NCBI GenBank assembly: GCA_963675785.1
Contig: OY776562.1
Span: 2,528,001 to 2,592,000, forward strand
Direction: 5' to 3'
Length of the DNA: 64,000 nucleotides
Origin: Anaerolineae bacterium
Lineage (GTDB): Bacteria; Chloroflexota; Anaerolineae; UBA1429
The position numbers were made by a program, and so were the translations under genes. The notes beneath the pieces are model-generated. The model was given only the letters and a program-made list of their open reading frames with translations, was not told where the DNA came from and did no database searches. This document shows positions 9,614 to 19,847 of this stretch, in pieces. Within the stretch, counting starts at the first letter, position 1, and each line of letters opens with the position of its first letter.

Positions 9614-10474
9614 ATGCTACGTGTTATCTTGGATTTTGATGGCACTCTCACGGCGGAAGAAAAACAAGCAGCCGACCTTGCTCGACTTTCTATCCACACC
9701 CTGGCCAGTGATATCCTCCACATTTCTGAAGGTGTGGTTAGCGAGGCATATGAAAGCACCAAAAAACGCTTGCTGGCGCGTCCACGTGATTACGCCTGGA
9801 TAGTCAATGGTCTTGTCGCTTCGTACTGCGACGAGGGTTCCTTTATACTCAACACAACCACGCTGCAAACGATGCTCTCGGAGAACGAAGACTATCTCAA
9901 AGCTGTGCAAGCAGCTTTTCCCAATCCCGAATATGATGCTGTGGCCGATTGCACCAACTATTTATTCCACAAGCACACACCCACTCTGGTACCAGAATTC
10001 AGGCCTCACGCCATGGACACGCTCGTCTATTTGCAAGGACAGTCCCATATAGAGCCTCTCATCCTGACAAACTCACTCGGTGACAAGGTGGCCCATTTCT
10101 TGCAGGGCGCCTCTTTAGCAAAAGCACCGCGCATTCTGGGAGATACGCGCCAGTATGATATGGCCCCGGATTGGCGATTACCGGGGCATACCGAGCAGTC
10201 AGAAACCTTTGTATTTGGGTATCCGGTGGACTTGAGGCGGCCCGCCTATTACGCAGCCCTTATGAGCGAATCGCGTGACGGTAGCCAGCTCATGGTCGTG
10301 GCTGATACATTCTCATTACCAGGCGCCTTGCCATTGGTGTTGGGGATTCCTTTTGTGCTGATACATACCGCCTACACGCCCGCCTGGTGCGTTCAAGCAG
10401 CAAGTGAACATCCTTTGGGCTATGTCATCAAAGATCTAGCCGAGATCGTCACCATTGCAGAAAACATGTGCTAG
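9614..10474 (+). CDS. HAD-superfamily-like hypothetical protein
   Basis: N-terminal 'ILDFDGTL', later 'LTNS' and 'VADT'; AAGGA RBS. Confidence 0.65.
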   Translation: MLRVILDFDGTLTAEEKQAADLARLSIHTLASDILHISEGVVSEAYESTKKRLLARPRDYAWIVNGLVASYCDEGSFILNTTTLQTMLSENEDYLKAVQAAFPNPEYDAVADCTNYLFHKHTPTLVPEFRPHAMDTLVYLQGQSHIEPLILTNSLGDKVAHFLQGASLAKAPRILGDTRQYDMAPDWRLPGHTEQSETFVFGYPVDLRRPAYYAALMSESRDGSQLMVVADTFSLPGALPLVLGIPFVLIHTAYTPAWCVQAASEHPLGYVIKDLAEIVTIAENMC

Positions 10475-10620
10475 TGAACGGCGAAACTGCCAGATTGAAC
10501 TTTGACCACGGCTTGCTGGCGTTGTGAATCACATTGGCATAGTTAGCATCAAAGAATGCTGGGCGCCAATAGTTGCCCATTCAGAACGGTATTGTGCTCA
10601 TACAGAGGAGAGTCATTGAT

Positions 10621-11781
10621 ATGAAGATTACGGATATAAAACCCTATCCTGTTTGGGTGGGGCACCGCAATCAAATGCTGGTCAAGATCGAGACGGATGA
10701 AGGCATCTACGGCTGGGGTGAAGCTGGCGTCTCAGGGCGTGAATTGGCCGTGGCCGGCGCCGTGCAACACTATCGCGAGTTCCTCATTGGCCGCGACCCC
10801 ATGCGCATCGACGCATTGTGGCAAGAGATGTACCGCAGCCAGTACTTTGAGGGAGGGCGCATCCTTACCGGTGCCATCTCGGCCATCGACATTGCCTTGT
10901 ACGACATCGTGGGCAAAAAGCTGGGGGTACCAGTGTATCAGCTGCTAGGCGGCAAGCATCGTGATGCTATTCCCTGTTTTGCCACGGTGGGTGCCAATAA
11001 TGAAGAACAACTCATCCACGATGTAGGCCTGCTCCTCGAAAACGGCTGGCACACGGTACGTACTGGCGTTCCCAATCCCCTGGCAGCGGAGGATGCACAG
11101 CTCTTTGAACCACGCGAATCGTTGGCCCTGGCTGCCGATTGGCTCACAGCTGTGCGTAAAGCATATGGTTCGCGGTTAGTGTTAGGCATCGATTTTCACC
11201 ACCGGCTCAACGTCGCCGAAACGGCCTCATTTTGCCAGCGTATGCCCACTGGCACTCTCGATTTTCTCGAAGAGCCCATCCGGGACGAGTGCCCTTCAGC
11301 TTATGCCGCCCTGCGCAGCATGACGGGCGTGCCTATGGCCATTGGCGAAGAGTTTGCCAGCAAATGGCAGTTCCTGCCCTATATCGAGCAAGGGCTTACG
11401 AACTATGCTCGGGTTGACGTTTGTAATATAGGTGGCCTGACCGAAGCTAAAAAAGTGGCTGGCTGGGCCGAAGCACACTATATCGACCTCATGCCCCATA
11501 ACCCCCTGGGGCCTATCTGTACCGCCGCGACTGTGCACCTGGGAGCGGCAGTGACCAATTTTTCCTGGTTGGAAGTGCGCTACAGCCCGACAGAAAACCT
11601 GCAAACCAGCAGCAGTGAGATTTTCCCGCAGCTCTTGGAACTCGACGGCGACACCATCCCCGTGCCCGATCGTCCCGGCCTAGGTGTAGAAGTCAATGAG
11701 GAATATATCAAGGCACAGAGCTTTGCCTATTGGGAAGCACCCCATCTGCACCGCCGTGATGGTTCATACACAAACTGGTAG
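10621..11781 (+). CDS. Mandelate racemase/enolase-superfamily acid-sugar dehydratase (galactonate dehydratase-like)
   Basis: 'MKITDIK','TDEGIYGWGE','AIDIALYDIVGK','DFHHRL','EEP','IGEE','PHNPLGP'. Confidence 0.88.
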   Translation: MKITDIKPYPVWVGHRNQMLVKIETDEGIYGWGEAGVSGRELAVAGAVQHYREFLIGRDPMRIDALWQEMYRSQYFEGGRILTGAISAIDIALYDIVGKKLGVPVYQLLGGKHRDAIPCFATVGANNEEQLIHDVGLLLENGWHTVRTGVPNPLAAEDAQLFEPRESLALAADWLTAVRKAYGSRLVLGIDFHHRLNVAETASFCQRMPTGTLDFLEEPIRDECPSAYAALRSMTGVPMAIGEEFASKWQFLPYIEQGLTNYARVDVCNIGGLTEAKKVAGWAEAHYIDLMPHNPLGPICTAATVHLGAAVTNFSWLEVRYSPTENLQTSSSEIFPQLLELDGDTIPVPDRPGLGVEVNEEYIKAQSFAYWEAPHLHRRDGSYTNW

Positions 11782-11806
11782 ACCACAACAACACGAATCC
11801 CAAAAC

Positions 11807-11835
11807 AAAAAAGGGCAGCCATCAGGCTGCCCTTT
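11807..11835. terminator. Bidirectional intrinsic terminator between convergent genes
   Basis: AAAAAA-GGGCAGCC-ATCA-GGCTGCCC-TTT. Confidence 0.8.
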
Positions 11836-11848
11836 CACTATCTAAAAC

Positions 11849-12886
11849 TTAGCATGCTTTAACTGGTGCAAAAGCCTGCTTGCAATTGGAGCGATATATG
11901 GCAGAAAGCACGTCAATCGCTTTCCGTCCCTCTTCGCCGGTGATCATGGGGTCGCGATCCTCAAGAATGGCCTGGATATAGTCCTCAATGGCCAGCCCAT
12001 GGCTGGAACCATAATAGGCCTTACCTACCGCATCGCCACCCGAAAATCCATTGACGGGGATTGCTGGCAATTCAGCGCCATCCATGGTCTCAAAGGCCGT
12101 AATCTCTTGGCCTTCGATCGTAATGGACCCGCGCGTCCCAATTACATCCACCGAAACATCCTTGGAGGGATAGGCGCAATTGGTGGCATAAAAACTGCCG
12201 ATGGCCCCAGAGCTATAACGCAGCACAATGGAAGCCACATCCTCGACTTCGATGGTCGGGTGCCCAAGAGTACCTACGCTTGCCATCACACCGGACACTT
12301 TGCCACCCAGATAAAGCACCAGATCCAGTGTATGGATCGCCTGATTGATGAGCACGCCGCCGCCCTCGGTAGACCACTTGCCGCGCCAGGGGCTGTCATC
12401 ATAATACTCGGGAGCACGATACCATTCGCAGGTTCCGTGAATGCTCACAATATCGCCGAGAAGACCCTGCTCAATTGCCGTTTTGGCTTGCTGCGTGGCA
12501 GGGTTGAAACGGTTCTGAAAACAAACAGCGAATTTAACACCTGCTTCGCGGCAGGCCATAATGGCATCCGTAGCCTCTTGCGAGTTCATGGCCATGGGCT
12601 TTTCTGTCATTACATGCTTGCCAGCCCGGGCAGCATCCACCGTCATGGGCACGTGCAGATAATGGGGAGTACAAATGGAAACAGAATCGATATCGTCTCT
12701 CTCAAAAATCTTGCTAGCATCGGTGTACCAATCAGGAACACCAAACCGTTCTGCAAAAGCCTGCGCCCGTTCAGGGATGATATCACAACACGCTACCAAC
12801 TCGGCGGTATCCAGTGCACTCAAAACAGCACCATGAACGGGACCTATCACACCACAACCTATCACAGCACATCTTACTCGTCGCAC
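11849..12886 (-). CDS. Gfo/Idh/MocA-family oxidoreductase
   Basis: 'AVIGCGVIG','GKHVMTEKPM','GGGVLINQAIHTLD'; GTG start behind GGAGGT. Confidence 0.9.
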   Translation of the reverse strand: MRRVRCAVIGCGVIGPVHGAVLSALDTAELVACCDIIPERAQAFAERFGVPDWYTDASKIFERDDIDSVSICTPHYLHVPMTVDAARAGKHVMTEKPMAMNSQEATDAIMACREAGVKFAVCFQNRFNPATQQAKTAIEQGLLGDIVSIHGTCEWYRAPEYYDDSPWRGKWSTEGGGVLINQAIHTLDLVLYLGGKVSGVMASVGTLGHPTIEVEDVASIVLRYSSGAIGSFYATNCAYPSKDVSVDVIGTRGSITIEGQEITAFETMDGAELPAIPVNGFSGGDAVGKAYYGSSHGLAIEDYIQAILEDRDPMITGEEGRKAIDVLSAIYRSNCKQAFAPVKAC

Positions 12887-12980
12887 GTTACGCAACCTCC
12901 GTGCTCTGCAGCCAATTGTTAAAGCATAGGCTTTAGCCGCTGCCGAGTCAAAAGTTTCTCCGAAATCAACAGAAATACCG

Positions 12981-13004
12981 GCCCCGCCCTGAAACGGGCG
13001 GGGC
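12981..13004 (-). terminator. GC-rich hairpin after the 851-aa gene
   Basis: GCCCCGCCC/GGGCGGGGC stem. Confidence 0.6.
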
Positions 13005-13026
13005 AGTATATTGCACTCATTCAGCT

Positions 13027-15582
13027 CTAGTTGGAAAAGTCCAAACGCAAAGCCCAATCCAAAAAGCGTAGTTCCATCACGTCATCACCTGCCTTATACT
13101 GGCAGTAGATGCTGTCACAGTGCTTTTCAAAGCGGAGCGGCTGCTCTTCGCCAGCTACCATGAACGGCCCTTCCCAGCCAAAGGAGACGGGCTGATCACG
13201 CAGGCCTGTATAATTGACGCTCAGACCATCGTAAGTGATCTCAGCACCCAGAACCTTTTCCTGGAACTCTTCAAAGGTGCCATCCTCCGAAGCACGCCCC
13301 ATCTGCACAAGCCAGATATTCTCGTTACCATGAGAGCAAAGTTCGCGATAAGCGTTCTGCCCTAGAGTTGTTTCTTCCAGGCCATTCTTGGCAGTAATGG
13401 CCAAGTAGCCATCGTTCTTTTTGGCAAAGGCCCAACCATCGCGGATGGCATGTTCATCAAAAGCATATTCAGGGAAATAGGCATGGGTATATCCCATCCA
13501 ATCATTCTCATCGAACTTGTGCACCGATACAAGGACATCCTTGTACTGTGCAGTACGCGGCAGAATATAGTTACCATGCCAATAGTTCGGGCGATGTGAA
13601 CCTTTCTCACTGACACAGGTCGGATGGGTTACAAACACCACCGCATCAGGGCCCATAGTGGCTTGCCAGATGTGTTGTTGAAATCCCTTTTCACCCGAAT
13701 AATAATCCTGCGCCGAAGCCAGCATGTAATCTGCCGTCTTGTACAAGACTTTATGGACACCCTTGAGACCGGCTATCTCTGTGGGATCACCGCTGTCTAC
13801 ATTTTGAGTCTCACGAGACCAAACATCGACGTCGTCAACAGCGATTGCATAGATGAGATCACTGAACTCGTAATTCTTGGTTGCGCACAGTGAAACAAAC
13901 CCACGCATATTTTCGTTGAAACAGCCCATGCCCCATAGCAACCGACTCACGCCGCTGGTACCTTCTCGCCGAGATCCTTTGATATAAGGCGTATAAGAGC
14001 GTCCATGAGTCGATCCAAAGGCACCCTTGTAGGAGTTTAAAGCCAGCGTAAAGAACAGCTTGTCTAGCACTACGGCAGCCATCTCGGCCACCTCTTCATT
14101 CTCGGCTAGATCGACCAAATGCGAAAGAGCGAGAATATCCTCTTCGAAATAAACATTGGAATCCCACTCGCTGAAACCATAGCGCGCCCGTTGCTGAAGC
14201 CAGGCCATAGCCCGCTCTTCACCCAAGGTACGATGCCAAGCACCATTCTGGTTCACATTGCTGAAATTCTCATCGGGATAGAGCTGGCCAGCGAGAATCT
14301 CACAAGTATGAAAGAGGATCGAATGGTTCTCAGTGCGAAAGCACATAGCATCCGAGCCAGGTTCTTCGTCCCAGTAACGGAAATTGAGTGCACTCTCTTT
14401 GATCTTGCCTTTGAGTTCCTCAGGGAAAGAAGGATGGGCAAAGTACCGATAGACCATGCCCAAAAGACCCACAAGATCAAAATCACTGCAATCGCCCCGA
14501 TCATTGATCCGTTCGATAGAGGCCTCGAGCACTTCAGGATGCAGGTTCTTCCAGACGCCGAGTTCCATCTTGGCAACCTCGGCATATAGATTCTTTTCCC
14601 GAAATGCGCTGGCCTTAAGAGCCTCGATACGGCGGGTGGCATAAGTGCCATAAGCCTCTTCAGAAAACTTGTTGCGGAAAGAATAGATATTTCGCTTGCG
14701 CAGTACCCGCAACCCCTTTTCATAGTACTCTTCCGGGGGTGCCATGAGCCAGAGCTCAAACTCACTCTCGGGCAACTCATAAGCCTTGACCATTTTTTGG
14801 CTCTTGCCGCTGATGGCAGCTGGATGCGCTTCAGCATAGATTCGACCATCAGGACGCTGTATGCGGATGCCAATCTTGCTGGAAATGCCCATATCCTCAC
14901 CAAAGAGGATTTCGACATCCTCACCACTGACGAAGACATCGCGATCAAAATAGCACTTGTCAAGGATTTGCTCGAGCATCAAACGCCGTCCAATGGCCTC
15001 GTTTGGGGTAGGAATACGCACAGGACGTATGGGGTGTTCCAACCCACGAATCTGCAAAGCCATGACATAAGGGCATTCGCGCGCAGCAACTTCTTCAAAA
15101 CGGATCAGAATGTCGTTCTTACCATCCTTAAAGGTGGCAGTAAACGTTACCCGGTTGGGGTCTTGGTGATAAAAATGCTCCTGGCGATGCACATGTTCAT
15201 CATTGATCCAGATATCCGCCGGACCATTGGTAGTAAGCTCACACTCGAGTGTTTGCTCGCCATTTGCCAGCACAGTCGCAAAAGCCCAAGAGCGCAAATA
15301 GTGCGTCGTATGATAGAAAGAAGTTTGATCCACAAAATGGTCCGCAAGGCAGTGGCAAAAGTTCCATTTAAGATCTGGTAATTCCTCAGAAACGGGCTTT
15401 CGCTCGACGATCTCGACAGTCACACCAGACTCGGAGGTATAGTAGTGACGGGCGATCTGCAGCTTGAAATCAGCCCCCTGGAATTGATCCAGGTCCTCAA
15501 CCTCGATCGCCTGCGGGCCAGCGACGAGCCAGTCGTGGATATAGCCGTCCTGAAGCTCGTACTCGACCTGGTACTTTTTCAT
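13027..15582 (-). CDS. Large hypothetical protein (851 aa), possibly a polysaccharide-lyase/heparinase II-III-like fold
   Basis: Long ORF with GAGGAG RBS; 'TENH', 'GFSEWDSNVY', 'STHGRSY' motifs; sugar-catabolic context; fold is inference. Confidence 0.6.
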   Translation of the reverse strand: MKKYQVEYELQDGYIHDWLVAGPQAIEVEDLDQFQGADFKLQIARHYYTSESGVTVEIVERKPVSEELPDLKWNFCHCLADHFVDQTSFYHTTHYLRSWAFATVLANGEQTLECELTTNGPADIWINDEHVHRQEHFYHQDPNRVTFTATFKDGKNDILIRFEEVAARECPYVMALQIRGLEHPIRPVRIPTPNEAIGRRLMLEQILDKCYFDRDVFVSGEDVEILFGEDMGISSKIGIRIQRPDGRIYAEAHPAAISGKSQKMVKAYELPESEFELWLMAPPEEYYEKGLRVLRKRNIYSFRNKFSEEAYGTYATRRIEALKASAFREKNLYAEVAKMELGVWKNLHPEVLEASIERINDRGDCSDFDLVGLLGMVYRYFAHPSFPEELKGKIKESALNFRYWDEEPGSDAMCFRTENHSILFHTCEILAGQLYPDENFSNVNQNGAWHRTLGEERAMAWLQQRARYGFSEWDSNVYFEEDILALSHLVDLAENEEVAEMAAVVLDKLFFTLALNSYKGAFGSTHGRSYTPYIKGSRREGTSGVSRLLWGMGCFNENMRGFVSLCATKNYEFSDLIYAIAVDDVDVWSRETQNVDSGDPTEIAGLKGVHKVLYKTADYMLASAQDYYSGEKGFQQHIWQATMGPDAVVFVTHPTCVSEKGSHRPNYWHGNYILPRTAQYKDVLVSVHKFDENDWMGYTHAYFPEYAFDEHAIRDGWAFAKKNDGYLAITAKNGLEETTLGQNAYRELCSHGNENIWLVQMGRASEDGTFEEFQEKVLGAEITYDGLSVNYTGLRDQPVSFGWEGPFMVAGEEQPLRFEKHCDSIYCQYKAGDDVMELRFLDWALRLDFSN

Positions 15583-15753
15583 GAGCTGCAACTCCTCTAC
15601 GATTCGATCAGCAACGATCGTTATGGATTATACCAGTCCATTAACAGCTTGAAAACCTAGCGTTATCATATGGTACTAAGCATGTGAGAACTGGTCGAAT
15701 TCGGCATTTCTATCTACTGGTAATGGCCAATACCCTTTCCAATAGATAGAAAT

Positions 15754-15781
15754 GCGGAGCACGGCCCGAGCCGTGCTCCGC
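15754..15781 (-). terminator. Intrinsic terminator after GH4 paralog 1
   Basis: GCGGAGCACGGC/GCCGTGCTCCGC 12-bp stem. Confidence 0.75.
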
Positions 15782-15792
15782 TCTTGCCTAAC

Positions 15793-17172
15793 TTACCAGT
15801 TCTTGGGCCAGGAAAAGTGCTCGTTAATATCTTGAATCTGCTTGGCCGGCTCATTACGCGGCAAGCTAAAGACCGCATCCAAAGCCTCCAAAGCCTGATC
15901 ATAAGAGCGAGTCTGATGGTCTTGGAGAATACCATAGAGGAGCATGGACTTGTCGCCGGAAAGTACGGCTTCCAGTTCAAGCTCCATCCGCAGCCAATTG
16001 GGGTAAATCCGCTCGAGCATGACCTTGGCAGGAAGGGGCTCGACACGAATTGGCAACACGCCCTTGATATTGACGATGGCCGGCACTTCAACTGCCACGT
16101 CATCAGGGATGCCGGGCAACGCGCCATAGTTCGGAATATTGACCTGGAACTGGCCTTCGTTGTCGTTTACCAGGGCATCGATGATACCGATATGCTGTTC
16201 GCGTGTCTTCTCAGAGCCAAAGAGGTCAACCGGGCGAACCTTGGCATCGTAAGCTGCCGTCTTCATCTCAGCGTACTTTGCTTCCTTGTCCAACAAGATC
16301 TTGTTGCGACCTTCGGGCGTATCGCCAGCGCCACTGCCACCATACCAACGTTTTCTGTTTTCGGCGCTTTCGGTCGCCCACCAGCCACCGGTACGCGGCG
16401 TATCACCAATGGGCATAAGACCCATCATCTTGTATTGCCAAATGGCGGCAGGTGACATCTGGTAACCGACCTCCTCGCCTGCAGCAGCCTTGGCCGCCCA
16501 ATAATCCTCAGCCTCGTTGGCGATCCACTCATCCAGGCGAGGATACAAATCCTGGCCTTTGTAATAAAAGTGGGTCAGCCAGATATTGTGGTTGAGGCCC
16601 GGAGCCTGCCATGTGATGTTTTCCACATCTTCAATGCCCAGAGTACGAGCAACTGATTGATAGCCATAGTGCCCGTGGCATAGACCAATCATCTTGATGT
16701 CCGTCTCGCGCGTGACCAGTGTGGTGCAATCGAACACGGGGTTACCTGCCAGAATCATCCAGGCATCCGGGCAAAAACGCTCCATGTCCTGGCCAACTTC
16801 GAGCATGAGTTGAAGGTTGTAGTATTCCGGCATGCCTGCGCTGGTGCTGTAATAATATCCCAGCTTGGCAAGAGCCTCGCGGGCAGCCTTCATCTGATAC
16901 TCGTTGTGTGAGATGGTGGCCGTGTTGATGACAAAATCGGCACCTTCGAAAGCTGCTTGTCGACAGGTCGTCTTTTCAAACTTGAGATTGGCGCCCAGGT
17001 CTTCGGCGTAGCGCTTGGCCAGCTGATAGACCACATCCAGCTTTTCTTCGTCGATATCCATAAAGCAGACTGTGCTGTCCGACAGTCCCTTGGTAAGGCA
17101 GAGGTCTTTGACCAAAGCCAGAGAAAATACCACGCTACCAGCACCGAAAACTGTAATCTTGGTTGAGGACAT
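15793..17172 (-). CDS. GH4 NAD+-dependent glycosidase (CHGH subgroup: alpha-glucosidase/alpha-glucuronidase type), paralog 1
   Basis: 'FGAGSVVFS','GNP','GLCHGH','GLNHNIWL','PDDVAVEVPA'. Confidence 0.9.
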   Translation of the reverse strand: MSSTKITVFGAGSVVFSLALVKDLCLTKGLSDSTVCFMDIDEEKLDVVYQLAKRYAEDLGANLKFEKTTCRQAAFEGADFVINTATISHNEYQMKAAREALAKLGYYYSTSAGMPEYYNLQLMLEVGQDMERFCPDAWMILAGNPVFDCTTLVTRETDIKMIGLCHGHYGYQSVARTLGIEDVENITWQAPGLNHNIWLTHFYYKGQDLYPRLDEWIANEAEDYWAAKAAAGEEVGYQMSPAAIWQYKMMGLMPIGDTPRTGGWWATESAENRKRWYGGSGAGDTPEGRNKILLDKEAKYAEMKTAAYDAKVRPVDLFGSEKTREQHIGIIDALVNDNEGQFQVNIPNYGALPGIPDDVAVEVPAIVNIKGVLPIRVEPLPAKVMLERIYPNWLRMELELEAVLSGDKSMLLYGILQDHQTRSYDQALEALDAVFSLPRNEPAKQIQDINEHFSWPKNW

Positions 17173-17254
17173 GATTGATCATCTCCTTTAGTGACCAGGC
17201 CTATCCTGGTCGAAGGTGTTATACTGCAAATAACTTTGATGAAAGGAGCAGGAA

Positions 17255-18175
17255 ATGCCCCGACTGTATACAACCCTTGGGCCTCTTGAAGCTGATAAGG
17301 TAGGCATGATCCTACCTCACGAGCATATCTTTGTCGATCTGCGAACGCCCGACATACCAGAGCAAGGTCAGGCTGATATCGCCGATGTGCAGCGCTTGAT
17401 GGCGCCACAAGTTCGCCTGGCACGTGCCGCCGGTGTTTCGGCGCTCGTTGATAGCGGCCCAGTTGGCGTTGGCCGCCGCTCCGATGCTATCCTCGCCGTC
17501 TCACAACTCACTGCGTTCCCCATCCTCATCCCCACAGGTGTCTATCGAGAACCCTGGATCCCCGATTGGATCAAGTCGGCTCCTGTTGAGGAACTCGAGA
17601 TGTGGATGACTAGTGAACTGGAGGAACAGATCGAGGATACGGGCGTCAAGGCAGGCTGGATCAAGCTCAGTGCAGGCGACGATGGACTGACGCCCACAGA
17701 GATCAAAATCCTGCGAGCAGCCGCCCGAGCCGGAAAGCATACTGGCGCAGTCATTGGCAGCCATACCATACGGGGCCGAGTTGCAAACGATCAGCTCGAT
17801 ATCATCGAGCAAGAAGGTTACAGCCCCGAGCGCTTTATCTGGATTCACGCTCACAACGAGGGCAATCTCGACCTTGTGGAAAAGATCGCCCGCCGTGGAA
17901 CATGGATCGAGTATGACGCTATTGGTAGTGCTGGCAAAACCGATGCCTTTTTCCTGGAACGAATCAGGCACCTGCTCGATGCAAACCTGGGACGCCAGGT
18001 ACTTCTCAGCCACGATCGCGGCTGGTACGACCCCGCTAAACCCGGCGGAGGCATTCCCCGGCCCTTTACCTACATCAATCAGGTATTCCTGCCCTACATA
18101 CAGCGTGAAGGCATTCATCAAGAGACCATTCGAATGTTAACAGAGAGCAATCCCTTTAGGGCATTTGCTCGTTAA
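17255..18175 (+). CDS. Phosphotriesterase-family (PTE-like lactonase) metallohydrolase
   Basis: 'PHEHIF','GWIKLS','GSHT','IHAH','LSHD' metal ligands. Confidence 0.85.
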   Translation: MPRLYTTLGPLEADKVGMILPHEHIFVDLRTPDIPEQGQADIADVQRLMAPQVRLARAAGVSALVDSGPVGVGRRSDAILAVSQLTAFPILIPTGVYREPWIPDWIKSAPVEELEMWMTSELEEQIEDTGVKAGWIKLSAGDDGLTPTEIKILRAAARAGKHTGAVIGSHTIRGRVANDQLDIIEQEGYSPERFIWIHAHNEGNLDLVEKIARRGTWIEYDAIGSAGKTDAFFLERIRHLLDANLGRQVLLSHDRGWYDPAKPGGGIPRPFTYINQVFLPYIQREGIHQETIRMLTESNPFRAFAR

Positions 18176-18183
18176 GACAAGTT

Positions 18184-18208
18184 GCGGGGCAGGCATAACC
18201 TGCCCCGC
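18184..18208. terminator. Hairpin between convergent PTE and GH4 genes
   Basis: GCGGGGCAGG/CCTGCCCCGC stem. Confidence 0.65.
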
Positions 18209-18215
18209 CTGGCGA

Positions 18216-19601
18216 TCACCAGTTATCAGGATAGCGATAGTGATCCTTGATAGCCTCAACGTAGGCCATCGGTTTGGAAGGATCCGTCTCAGCCAGTTTG
18301 AACATGGCATCGATCAGTTCGACAGCCTGATCGTACGACTGTGTTTGATGGCTCTCCAACACACCGTAAAGCAGCAGCGATTTGTCGCCTGTCAGTAGTG
18401 CCTCGATCGCTACTTCATTCTGCAGCCAGTTCGGATAAATCTGGCAAAGCATGATCTTTTGTGGCAACGGCTGAACACGTATTGGCTGAATCCCCTTGAT
18501 ATTGACAACAGCCGGCACTTCGACAGCCACATCATCCGGCAGGCCGGGGAGCGCGCCATAGTTGGGTACGTTCACCTGGAACTGTCCCTCATGATCGTTT
18601 ACCAGAGCATCGATGATGGGCACATGCTGCTCTGCGCTTCTCTCCGTGCCAAACAGATCGGAAGGACGCACGTCCTTATCGAACGCCGCCCGAATCATCT
18701 CGTTGTACTTGATCTCTTTGCCAGCGATGACTCGATCGCGTCCACCAGGGGTATCGCCGCCACCATCCGGTCCACCGTACCAACGACGGTTAGACTCGGT
18801 ATCATTGTGATACCACCAACCACCACTGCGTGGGGTATCGCCAATGGGCATCAGGCCATACATCTTGTACTGATGAATGGCCGCACGCGACATCTGGTAG
18901 CCATAGCCCTCGGTGTCATTCTCATGCTCGGCCCAAAAAGCCTCGGCCTCGTTCTTGATCCACTCGTCAACGCGAGGATAAAGATCCTGGCCCTTGTAGT
19001 AGAAATCGGTTAGCCAGATATTGTGGTTGAGGCCTGGCGCCTGCCAGGTAATGTTGTCCACATCCTCAATGCCGATAGTCTTAGCGACCCGCTTGTAGCC
19101 ATAATGCCCATGGCAAAGGCCCACCATTTTGATATCTGTCTCACGCGTAACCAGGGTGGTACCCGCAGAAACGGGGTTGCCCGCCTGAATCAGCCAGGCA
19201 TCGGGGCAAAGATCTTCCATATCCCGAGCGACATCAAGCATGAGCTGCAGGTTCCAGTAGGTAGGCATGCCGGTACGGCCATAGAAATAGCCCATAGAAT
19301 CAGCGAGGTCACGAGCTCGCTTGTTATAGTACTCGTCATTGACGGTGGCCGAGCTGACGACAAAATCGGCATCTTTGAAGGCGATACGCCTGTCGGTTGT
19401 CTTTTCGAACTTGAGGCTGGCGCCTACATCCTCTGCATAGCGCGTGGCCATGTGGAAAATCGTATCCAGGCGCTCTTCATTGATATCGGTAAAGCAGATT
19501 GTACTACCAGCCAGGCTCTGGGTCAGACAAACATCTTTGACCAAAGCCAGCGAAAACACCACACTTCCCGCACCGAATATTGTGATCTTGACTGAAGACA
19601 C
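18216..19601 (-). CDS. GH4 glycosidase (CHGH subgroup), paralog 2
   Basis: Same motifs as 15793..17172; AAGGAGG RBS, GTG start. Confidence 0.9.
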   Translation of the reverse strand: MSSVKITIFGAGSVVFSLALVKDVCLTQSLAGSTICFTDINEERLDTIFHMATRYAEDVGASLKFEKTTDRRIAFKDADFVVSSATVNDEYYNKRARDLADSMGYFYGRTGMPTYWNLQLMLDVARDMEDLCPDAWLIQAGNPVSAGTTLVTRETDIKMVGLCHGHYGYKRVAKTIGIEDVDNITWQAPGLNHNIWLTDFYYKGQDLYPRVDEWIKNEAEAFWAEHENDTEGYGYQMSRAAIHQYKMYGLMPIGDTPRSGGWWYHNDTESNRRWYGGPDGGGDTPGGRDRVIAGKEIKYNEMIRAAFDKDVRPSDLFGTERSAEQHVPIIDALVNDHEGQFQVNVPNYGALPGLPDDVAVEVPAVVNIKGIQPIRVQPLPQKIMLCQIYPNWLQNEVAIEALLTGDKSLLLYGVLESHQTQSYDQAVELIDAMFKLAETDPSKPMAYVEAIKDHYRYPDNW

Positions 19602-19847
19602 GGTTAAACCTCCTTGTTAGCCGGAGTTCTCGTTCGTCCAGCGCGTCGTCCCTGGGATTAACATCCATTCCGAACGGCCATTCCCAGAGGCATCCCTGCT
19701 TGATAGCCATTCAGGCTTGTAGATTTCGTCTATAACAGAATCCCCCTGCAACAATCCCCTTTCAATATCCAACCATGGCATCTTAGAGCACTCTGCTAAT
19801 AGAAGGCAAGCGAGAGAACGCTCTTTTTCTCATTTTTACGCAACGAG

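Noticed and set aside
10523-10533. TGTGAATCACA as a CRP/Rex site
   Set aside because: Half-site spacing matches neither consensus.
11999-12922. 307-aa plus-strand ORF and many similar antisense ORFs (e.g. 2708-3394, 15784-16455, 20852-21580, 34476-35174)
   Set aside because: They shadow well-supported genes on the opposite strand and lack recognisable motifs.
15613-15622. Palindrome AACGATCGTT (similar ACGATCGT near 56555) as a shared sugar-regulon operator
   Set aside because: Too short and only two instances; cannot be distinguished from chance.
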